Assembly (NCBI GenBank): GCA_016748015.1
Contig: JAAOMT010000602.1
Span: 1,253,696 to 1,317,695 of the forward strand
DNA: 64,000 bases
Direction: 5' to 3'
Source of the DNA: Geosiphon pyriformis uo1
Taxonomy: Eukaryota > Fungi > Glomeromycota
Below are positions 53,412 to 64,000 of the stretch, piece by piece. Every line of letters starts with the position of its first letter. Positions within the stretch are counted from its first letter, which is position 1. The notes beneath the pieces are model-generated. The model had not been told where the DNA came from and searched no databases. It saw only the letters and a program-made list of their open reading frames with translations. A program made the translations under genes and the position numbers.

Positions 53412-55801
53412 CAAATTTTAGCAGAAACCTATTTCAAAATTCTATAGACCAAAAATTTGAGACATAATCAAAAGCCTTGGTTGAAATAAAATCTTCACAA
53501 TTTCCTTAAAATTAAGCATAGCTCGTAAGCAAAATTGAAGGGTTCAAGAATACCTACACTAACGATATATTAAATTTTTCGGGTATTTTCAAACTTGCAG
53601 AATATTTTGGTTAAAAATGTAGCTACTTTTTATCCAGAAATCAAAAAGTATTTACAAAGCTCACTAGCTTAAAAGTTTTTGAAATTTTGAGGAAAAGCTT
53701 GGCCGAATATTATTTCAGCAAAATTTTTTGAGCATTGACTTGGTTTATTTATGAACCAGTCAAGATATAACTTGGTCATTTAGACAAATTCCTTCAATTC
53801 TCAAAAACCAATTTAAATGATGTCAGCTGGTTTTTGGAAATAAGTTGAATGTAAAAGAGTTATAATAAAAGTAAGCAATCCCAATGGAGTCTTTGGATCT
53901 TGACTTTAAAGATTCTATATATTTTGACTTGTAACATTCTTTTGGAATTCCGAACATTTCCTTTAATCTTGTGAAATTCGTTTAAAATTTTCAAAAAGTC
54001 AAACGATAAAACATTTTGGTCATGAAAAATAACATGAACTCATTTCTTCGAGGACGATGATTAAGAAAATATCTTGTTGAAGCACGATGCATCGCCAGTA
54101 AAATAACATATCTCGGACCGAAAAAATCCAAGAATTGCTAATTTCTTTGGCAAAAAATTCGGCAAAGGGATCAAAAAATGAACTATTAAAAGCTTTCGAT
54201 CAGGCTCTCAAATTTGGTAAAAATAAATCCCGCATTGAATTACTTTTTTGGTTAATTATTGATTGTGCAGTGCTACATAAACTATTTGTCACACGAAAAA
54301 TTGGGCGTCTGAATGGCTCATTTGAAATTTATATTAATATAATAATGATCGACGAAGGCCTCACTTTATTTTCGAATGGAGGAATCATGTGTTCAATTCC
54401 CTTGATAATTTGATCAAAATTGCTTTTTAATCACGTTTTACGAATCCGCAATCCAATTGCCTAAATTTCAAAGAATATTCTTTAGACCGAAAAGGCAAAG
54501 ATTTGCTTCTTTCAGTACATTCTTGTTGTAAAAAACCAAGACTTTTACTGCAGGTCGCAACCTGAAACATTCAAATGAGTTATTTAATTTGGGAAATTTG
54601 AAGATAAATCAAACAATCAGTATGTTTCAAAATACATGGAAGCTTTCTGTTTTGTAAAAACAAATTTCAGAATGGACCAAACTTAAAAATATGTACCTTC
54701 GCAAATTGGGATATAACTGAATTTTTTAAAAAAAATTAAAGCAGTGAACATTCTTGTGATTCATAAATTAATCTGTGTAATCTTAAGGACACATTGAAAA
54801 ATATTTGTCACGAGTAACGATGACAAATTTCGTTAACTTTTATCATCATACCGGAAAACTTTTTTATCCTATTGTAGGGTGATCAGCCTTTTGCTTTGCG
54901 AATAAAACTTTACATTTCATGGCTTAAATAATTAATCACATTATTTTTTTTCAAAAAGATATCATAAAATTTAATGCCAATAGCTGACCATGTATGAAGA
55001 TTCTATTAATAAAACTACGTCCTAAGGTCTCAAAGCTTTTGAATTTTACGAAAAAATTTCTGGGCTCGAAAACTTCGATTTTTTCTAACAGTTTACTTTC
55101 TTAACATCATATTAATCTCTTAGAATTATGGAATACTTATCACAATAATCAAACAATTTAAATTTTTAAGGATGATATTCATCTCTTGAGGCTAACCATC
55201 AAGCTTATTCAGCTGTTTTTATTATTTCGGTTATAATTTTTTACTAAAAATTATAAAGTATCTCGAAAAATGTTAATCTCTAGATCCTTAGTTTTAAAAA
55301 AGCCAACATTTCATACATACAGTTCTTATGTTATCCTTTTAAAAAAATGGAAATTCTTTTAAAACTGAAATGGTTTTTGGAAATTATTTTAAAAAAAAAT
55401 GCAGTTGACAATTCACAACTTGACTCATCTTTTTCCATTCTTGGCAAAAATTATGCTGAGAAAATTAAAAAGCTAGCATCAATGAAGTTTGCAGATAGAA
55501 ATACTTTTGAACCTTTTCATTCATACTGATTCAGAAAATGGAAAATTGCTACGTTAAAAAAGCTAGGATTTCAAATCAGAGTACAATGACGTACAACAAT
55601 GCATGTAGAAAATCTTTTATATATCGTAATAATTATAAGTTTCAATTGAAATTTTCTGTCATACTTATTAAATATACAAAGCCGCTCTTTAGCGATAAAA
55701 TTCCAAACAAAGAATTGGTATATGGTTGATTTTACAATTCATGCCCGAAAAGACACAATATATCCAAAAAAAAAAAGAATAATATTGACACAATCTATTT
55801 T
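53412..55801. repeat. Inverted duplicate of the HAP2/lipase-1 intergenic region, lacking internal segments
   Basis: Reverse complement of ~16245-14400, ~13459-13408 and ~12305-11818, joined in order. Confidence 0.9.
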
Positions 55802-56582
55802 AGTAAATAAAGTCTCTATACTTCCACCATTGATTTTATATTTGGTTTGGGAATATGCAGATGAGTTTGTATGCCATCAATACAAGTTGTAACACCCAAT
55901 ATTAGTTCTTTGTCTCATTTATTTTAACCTCACTTTATATTGACATAATCTTCAACTTTTGACCAACCACTCACTTGGATCTCAGTGTTTTTTTATGATA
56001 ATTAAGATCCTTAAAATAAAATATTATTCCCTATGACAAGCTTATATTATTTTTTCCCGTATCTAAGCCATTTTTCAAGGAGAATTGTTGACGAGCTAAA
56101 TGAGAGTGTCAAGAAATTCTAAATTTTTGTTATAATGAGCTCTTTGGAGAGTTTTTTGACCTTTCATGTCGAGAATGCAAGTTTTTTATTTTAGAAGTAA
56201 AAAATTTATCATAAGGACAAACAAGATACCAGAATTTCAGAGTCCAATGATTCGAAAAAGAATTCCCATTGTGGTTCTGAGCATAGGTTCAGCCGGACTA
56301 ATTATTGAAAAAGGTATTTTTATTTATTCTTTAGAGTATAAAGAGTTTGCCAGAATTCATTTCGGTAGGCACATATAAGCCTTGTGCTACAATATGCCAA
56401 TAAAAATACGTACCACAGAGAAGTATGAATCGCACTGGTCATAAAATATACAAGATATATATATACATCCGGTAGTAGAATTCAGGTCAAGCTTAGACGT
56501 AAATAGAAAAAGAAAAAGAAAAATTTGATTTCTTTTCCAATTTTTCCTCTTCACATCCTTTATCTTCCACATCACTATATCA

Positions 56583-57211
56583 ATGAATAATAATTCGGCT
56601 CCCACTTCCGATCATATCACTCATAATTTAACTTTTATAGTTCAAACCATCGTGGATAATGGCACATTTGAAAACAATGATTTTAATCAAACTGAAATGA
56701 AATGGATGCCTGGTCATTACATTGTATGCGAAAAGGATATTCCTTTGGAAAATTTGTGGCAAAATCCCGAACATGATCTCTTTTTAGAATCGGAAAGTTT
56801 GCTATCCCCTAACGATTCTGACGTCTTCAACCATGGTCAAGAATTCGATGAAACAGATGAGTTTGAAGACTTGGATATAGTTTTTCACTATACCGGAATT
56901 CCTACTTTACCCATTAGTCCAAGTATCACTCATGGGCAAACTACACCGGCGCTGTTTACTCAAAGATTTCAAACTCAACTTATTTCTAGTCCCGATATAG
57001 ATAAAGCTGAGGGTAAATAGTATTTTCTTGTTTTAATATTATAATTTAAATAAATTCAAACTAAATAGATATTATATTTCGATATTCATTAGATAGTTTC
57101 AGTGAAATCATTCGACCCTTTGTCGACACTTGCAATCATGAAGCTGCCACGAATTTAGAAACTGCTTTGCCAGCTCATAATGAACCTATTGATTCTAATT
57201 CTGATCTTTAA
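56583..57211 (+). CDS. Hypothetical acidic protein, 2 exons, ~183 aa
   Basis: 145-codon ORF ending at G|GTAAAT (~57012). An acceptor at ~57092 gives the in-frame exon DSFSEIIRPFVDTCNHEAATNLETALPAHNEPIDSNSDL*. No recognisable domain. Confidence 0.55.
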
Positions 57212-58428
57212 AAAGTTTCCCTTTCACCCAAAATTTTTCTTCTATTGCAAATCTTATTCTAGGTTATTTGGGTAACCATATTAGATCAATTGTGCTTTTA
57301 TTTTTTCTTTCGTTTCTATAAAAAATATTTTTTTATGGATTATGCTTTATGCTTTCGAAAATTAAAAATTATCAAATCAAAGAATAATTCAGTCAATCCC
57401 ACTGTTACCTATGAACACATAAAACTTTATTAACAAAAGGATTCGTTTAAAAAACTTTGACAATTTCAATTTTCTCAGCAAGTTTGAAATTAGATGCTAT
57501 GTTTTTTCTCTAAATAAATTATTTGTTTATTTATATATTGTATAATTATGAAAAAGTTTAATTATCTAGATTTTTTCACGTCAAAGAAGTACAGTGATAT
57601 TTTGTATGTTAAAATTTTCTATTTCTTAATTTTTCTATAAAACTCTTTCAAAAGAACTCCACTTGGATTTTTGATGTCGAAAATCGAACTTCAAAAAATT
57701 ATAAATATATGTGCAGATTAAATCTATTGGGATTTGACATGACTTTTTCATTTTCCCAAAACTTTTTATTGCACCATTACAATTATTTTGACACGACCAA
57801 TAAAATGAATTTTCACAATTTTTTCCATAAATAATATGGTGATGGCCTGGATCAAAAGCAGAATTAGGTTTATTAAAACCAAAGAGACAACTAAATATCT
57901 TGCTTTTGCTAATTCCAAGGAAAAATAGGTTGTATATCGTATCAATATACATCGTTTAAACGTCAATACTTAAATGATAGCTTTGATAATTTCCTTAGTT
58001 TCTTTACCTTATCAGTCGTCAAAAAAAGTGCTTCTTTAAGTCATACTGATCGTGAGACAATTCATATGTAAGGTAAATGGTAAGACATTTTTGATTCAAT
58101 TAACAAAACCTAATCAATTTGCAATAATTAAAATTCCTATATAAAGTATGGACGGAATGGTAAGAAAATTTGATCTTGTTGCGAATATAAGAATAAATTC
58201 GGATACTATAAGAGTTGTGGCTTTACTGTGCGATTCAAAAACGGAATTTATTGGATAGGTTTAACTTGAAAATAATTTTATTCGCTGACATAATAGTTAT
58301 TGAAATCAATATAATGCTAATTAATGAACGAGCTTTGTACATTATTCAAGGAAACCCCTCTAATTCCCATTCTTAGCATATATGTGAAAAAAAAGTAAGC
58401 TCTAAATATTTCATAAAGATCTTCAAAG

Positions 58429-58706
58429 TTTTCATTTACACATATAGAGAAGGTGTTTTAGAAAGTTCAAATTCTTTAATCTCCAAGGACTAAGGGAAAA
58501 ATCAAGATTTAGAATTTAATAACCATTTGGTAAATATGTGTAGTGATTAAATAAAATTTTTTTGGAATAAATTTCAACTTATTTTTCTCAGAATTTGATT
58601 CGATACAGATACTAATAAAAAATAGATAATTCTAAAATTTATTTGAACACTTCACAAAATTTATGCACTCTTGACATTTTTTAAGATAAAAATTAGGTAA
58701 AATAAT
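58429..58706. mobile_element. 278-bp insertion flanked by 9-bp direct repeat TCTTCAAAG
   Basis: Direct repeats at 58420-58428 and 58707-58715. The paralogous site at ~33735-33760 has a single copy and no insert. Confidence 0.65.
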
Positions 58707-59747
58707 TCTTCAAAGCATGAAAAATACTGTTTTGAATTGAAGTTTATGGAATTTGAGATTTAAATTAAATGTTAAAAGCCAAATATTTTATTTATTTGTA
58801 TAATCAATATTTTTAAAAATTACTAGAATTTTGGTTTTAATTAACTGTATATAAAATTTCTCTAGGTTTGAGTGAAAATTCTAATTTGAAGCGTATGTCT
58901 ATTAAAGTTTAGGATAAATTTCAACATTATTCAAAATTTATTGAAATAATATAATGAAAAACCTGAATTTGAATTATGTTGGCAATTCTTTACCAAATTT
59001 TAAATTTTTCAACAAATAAACCTGCAATACAGCCGCTAATATTTCAAGTTACATATACAAATATGCTGTGATAACAATTTCAAATTATCTCTTCTATAAA
59101 AACTAAATATTTGTGCCAAAGGCATATTTTAGAAAATTCTAATAATTATTGAGGTTTCTAAATCAATTTTATGTCGTCAAACAATTTAACCTCCCACGGA
59201 ACAATCTATTGATTATAACATTAAGAAAAATTGGCTTAAAATGCGTGTAATACAATTTTTTACCCCCTGTTTTCCATTAAAAAATTATAATATCTATTCA
59301 TAAAAATAGTCTTTACATTCATAATAACTCAAATTAAACAAAGAAATTTGCTTGATGTACTTTACAGAAAGTAACAATTTTGAGAAACATATTCATACAT
59401 AAAGACTTTTTTCAAAAAGAACTAATAGGATAAACTTGATTTAAAGTTAAAAACTGTAATAATAACTGAACCCAAGTCAACTGATATTGTCGAGTGTCTA
59501 ATTTTGATTTGATTTATTTGTGCCAAAAATAATTTTTTTAAAAGATCTGATTTTCAATAAAAAGCTATTCTCTGAAGATTCTCCATAATCACCAAAGTCA
59601 TAATTAAAATCACGAAACATTTTTTATAGAGTAGAAAACATTATTAATTTGCTATTAAATTCGATTTTTTTATTATGATAAAAGCTAATTAGGGAAATCC
59701 TTTTTCATTATTACTATGTCGGTTTATTTTCAAAAAATAGAAATGGT

Positions 59748-59838
59748 GATCCATGCTAATTTAAAGTCGGAATATTGAATCCATACTAATTTATTAGTCG
59801 GAATATGGAATCCATGCTGATTTAAGAGTCGGAATATT
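59748..59838 (+). promoter_or_regulatory. Three tandem ~30-bp AGTCGGAATAT-containing repeats upstream of paralog 4
   Basis: gatccatgctaatttaaagtcggaatatt / gaatccatactaatttattagtcggaatatg / gaatccatgctgatttaagagtcggaatatt, followed by a TATA-like tctataaat at ~59890. Confidence 0.6.
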
Positions 59839-59936
59839 TAAAGCGTCCACAATCTTAGTTTTACTAGGGAATATTAAGTTTTAGTTAAATCTATAAATTT
59901 ACATCTTCTGTTTTTCTTAGAGGCAATAATTCAAAA

Positions 59937-61263
59937 ATGAATTTCAGACTATATTTCCAACAGCTACACGTCTCTTTTTTAAATATATTTTTCTTTCTTA
60001 TATTGTCATTACAATTAAATTGTAATTTTTCGAGAAAGGTTTTTGCAAATGGTATACTTAAGGCATATAATAATGTTTCTAATATCGTCGGTGATAATAC
60101 ACTGAATAACAAAACTTTAGAAATCAATAATTTTATCAAAAGGGCTATAGAAGTTTCTAGTCTAAATCAACCTCTATGGGAAAAGATATTCTTTCTATTT
60201 GATATGGCTTACTACGCTCATCAGACTTATTGTTTACTTGCTGAATCGGGGTTTGTCGATGAGGATATTTATGGTATACAGGGTTCTATCTTGCTTTGAG
60301 CCGTTTTAAATTATTTCTTTTGTTACTGAAATCTTTTGAAATTGAATTTAGCATGGGTAGCGCCAGTCTCAAAAAGAATTGATTCGAAAAATGGTGCTAA
60401 ACATGCAATTTTAATACAAGTTAGAGGGCGAGAATTAACCTATGAGAGAATGGTTCAATTGGATCAATCTCGGGCTTTTAAGACTATTAAAAGTGGAGGA
60501 ATTAAAATTTGGGAATATTTCAAAGTACCTTTAGAATCCTATGAAAGATATGAAAGAAAATTTAAAGGCAGAATATCAAATCTTCTTGAGAAATATGTAT
60601 CCAACAAATTTTATAGAAATTATAACTTTTTTTTTACAGGTCACGGTGAAGGTGGAGGTAGGCAATACTTTTCTCTATATTTATGCCTAATATACATTAA
60701 CTAATATTTAAAATTATTTAAAAGCTCTAGCTACCTATGCTGCATTGGACTTTTGGCAAAATAACCGCGACGAAATTGAGTCAGAACAAATAGAAGTGAC
60801 CACTTTTGGAGCCCCAAGAGTTGGAGATAAAAATTTTGTTAATTCTATTTCAAAATATTTCGAAATCAATCGTGTGACTTATGTCAACGACTTTGTCCCG
60901 TTATTTTTGGGTCACACTTTTCAACATCCTAATACCGAATATTGGATCACCGATAGCGGCTGTGAATGCATTGATCAACTTCCTTTATATGATTGCCACA
61001 TGAAATTTGGAACCGAAAATCCAGTAAGTGTGCGTAAATTTTTTAACTTGGTTTAAATATGTTAAGTAATTCAACTCGCTCTATTTTAAAATTTTTAGAT
61101 TTGTAACTTGAGGTTTCAAAAAAATTTCTTAAGTGGGGACCTAAGTAAAACTTCTGGGACTTTTGGCTCGTTCTTAGATGCACATGATGGACCTTATTTT
61201 GGGTATAGGATGAAAAAATGTTATGGACCGAACGAGCATCTGAAATGGTTAAAACCATCTTAA
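59937..61263 (+). CDS. Secreted class-3 lipase-fold protein lacking the catalytic Ser (paralog 4)
   Basis: 4 exons with KR site, FTGHGEGGALATYAALD, TTFGAPRVGD and VNDFVP; last exon ICNLRFQ...SFLDAHDGPYFGYRMKKCYGPNEHLKWLKPS*. Confidence 0.9.
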
Positions 61264-64000
61264 AACTAAATCGTGACTTCCGTTATGGTTGTTTTTTTAT
61301 CGGGTAAAAATTATAGGTAGGAAATTCTCATTTTTGTTTTTATTTTGCAAAAACTTTATTAAAAAATACAAGTGGATTTTGACAGAATTCCAAGCTTATG
61401 CAGTAATAGTAATTGCGTCAATACTGTTGAGAGAAACTATTTTATTTCAATACCTTTATCATAAGTATTGAGCATGTTCATATCAAGCAATATTTTATGC
61501 TGACATTTAGAAATAAAAAACTTTAATAAATGAATAATCTCAACATCTCATGGTTTTAAATGAGTTATTATAATTAGAAAAAAAGATAGTAAAAAATAAT
61601 CTAGGTCAAAGAAGTGTTTTTCAAGTTTAGAAATTTAATATTATCTAAAAGTAATAAAATATTTTGTTTAGAATTATGCATTTGGGTGATATTTTTTGTA
61701 ACTAATAAAAAAAAAATTAATTGCAATCATTTATTACTATTTGAATAATAATATATGGCAAAAAAATTTAGAATTATTTTTAATTGTTGTATTTATGAAT
61801 ATAGTTTTAAAGTTTTTGTAATATTCAAATACAAAAACTGTAATTTTGTCCTTTGATTTTTTGTTAACAATATTATATTTTGAAAAAAATGTTTTAGCTC
61901 TAGAGTTCTATTGGTTTCAATATTTGAACCAACCCAGGTTTAAATAATGTTTTTAACTTGAAGTAAGAAAAATCAGCAAAATATTTTTGTAGGGATCAAA
62001 AATAGTTTGAACTTTAAAAGTAGCTAAGAATCTTTAAATACCGACGCGAAAACTTTAACACGCTTCATGATTTCAATTATAGAGGCACCGACAGTGATCA
62101 CTTTATGACAATTGTCATTTCTGGCAGCAACTAAAAAATGAGGACATTAATAAACATATAATGATTGAAAAAACATTTTAATTCGTTAAAATGTTGTTCA
62201 CATGTACCAATCAAGTATAATATATCATGTGATTAAAAATAATTTTTTACAAATGAAGCGATTACACATGATCAAAACAACTTTTATATTATAATTTCTA
62301 AATTTCGGTTATAAAATGGTATAAATTTTAAAATTATGTCGTTTTTATTATTGAGCATAGACTTCTCACACAATGTTAAGCTTGATAAAAAGAAATTTAT
62401 TTTTGATTAATGTAAAATATTTTAGACAGTTTTTCAAGTATAGTTTCTTAAATTTAAAGATTTTCTCTAATTCCTTCCAGTCACAAACTTTTATAGTGAA
62501 ATTGTAACACGAATATTTTTCTTCTCTTAATTTATTCTGAAGTCATCAGTTGATCAGTGATTTTACATAATAAGAAAATATTAAATTTCTTTTTAGATTT
62601 CTCTTGATTTAACAGCAAAATAAAAATAGAATATTATATAAATGATACAAGTTTTGAGCTTTTCAATATATTTCTATTTGAAAAGAAATTGGATCTTTCA
62701 GAATTTTTTTAACTCTTATGTTTTATTATTTATTTTAAAACATCAATTAAATTTCTTAATTTTTATTTAAAGATTGTTTACAAAATATATTCTTTAATCT
62801 CATTTTTAAATTTAAAGAAAAGGTTTAATTAAATATATATTTTTACAAAAAATTTTTTAAGATTGCAAAAAGTTTACATCTTTTAACACTTTTTTTGATA
62901 AGAGAAACTAATCAAAACGAAATATTAAAGAGCTTTAATCGGGTTTAAATTTATTGCAACCTATTTTTCATTATTTCGATCTTTTTAATAAGAATTTTTT
63001 TTAACCTTTAGTATATTTTTTTGGTCTTAAACAATTTCATATTTTCATATTTTATTATATTTCTAAAACTGAATCTGCATTGTTTAAAGTTAAATGTATT
63101 CAGATTTTTTTGAATTTTGAAGGAAAGAAAATAAATAATTTGAAAAAGTAAGTCCGATTCATGGTTTTAAGTCTTCAAAGATAATATTTTTAATTTACAA
63201 ATTTAGAATGTTTAAAAACTATCTTAAAGCCAAACTAAAATGATTGATCAAAAGCTTTTAGAAAATTTTATCTGAAAGCTTGGGAAAATTAAATTATACC
63301 TTTACGAAAAAAGAAAAAGATATGCTGTTTGCTTCAAATTGGAGAAATTTCTCATGATTGCACTTTTGAATGCATATCAAAAGAGTTTTTGAAATTCAAG
63401 TCTTTTAAATACATTCATATTTTAAGTTAGCTCTCTCTAGCTCATTTATCTTTGAATGAGGTTATAAGCGAACAGAATTTTCTAATTTATTAGAGCGTGG
63501 CTGAGGATGAGGTATTAAACCAAATTTGATGTAAAATCAAAGAATTTTTCAATTATCAAGGCTCTGTTTGAAAGAAATTGAATTACGTCTAGTTGATGGT
63601 TTTTTGATTTTTGAAAAAGAAGGCCGAAAAAATTATGGATTTCGGCGTCAACCAATTTTATTGCTTCAAATAGCTTGGTAATGAGGGTCAACACAGGTTC
63701 TATACCAAATTTGGTTTCAGCAAAGTTTTTTATTGAATAATATTTATTAGAAAACCTTACCAATAATAACCTTCTCATTTTATAATTTAACTTGAATCAA
63801 ATATCGAGTAGAATAAGTTTATTCTCAAAATGATAAAGTTACTAAAATAGCACGGAGTTAAAATTTAAGTTTATAGTTTTCTTCAAATATGACTTATATC
63901 CAGAAAATTCGCTATAAGGTATTATAAGCGCCTATTATCCCTTTAAATAGGTTTTTGTTCACCTGATTCATATCAATTGCTTCTTAATTCCGCAAAGTAT

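Noticed and set aside
59748-59838. ~30-bp repeats as a CRISPR-like array
   Set aside because: Head-to-tail tandem units with no unique spacers, in a eukaryotic context with no cas genes.
57635-63778. ORFs 57635-57952, 57766-57966 and 63515-63778, and antisense ORFs over the lipase gene
   Set aside because: No recognisable motifs; the antisense frames are shadows of the real gene.

Overview
Very AT-rich, gene-sparse eukaryotic DNA with short spliceosomal introns and two assembly gaps. The gene content suggests an early-diverging fungus (Mucoromycota/Glomeromycotina-like); this is inference, not proof. Supported genes: a HAP2/NF-YA CCAAT-factor subunit, four paralogous secreted class-3-lipase-fold genes, a two-TM membrane protein with DEG/ENaC/ASIC- and PAC-like motifs, an APC amino-acid permease, a class I SAM methyltransferase and two small orphan genes. 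Mobile and decayed DNA includes a Tc1/mariner element with perfect TIRs, an older decayed copy of it, a MITE inside a lipase intron, a TSD-flanked insertion, an NTPase-like pseudogene and CpG-depleted remnants. Two multi-kb inverted duplications link the left and right halves of the window. Most notable: (1) all four lipase-fold paralogs replace the catalytic serine (GHSLGG->GHGEGG) yet keep intact ORFs, appear to swap segments with each other and carry a copy-number-variable promoter repeat, which suggests a diversifying secreted pseudo-lipase family; (2) a candidate fungal ENaC/PAC-superfamily-like channel. Exon boundaries and identities were read by eye, and no database searches were run.
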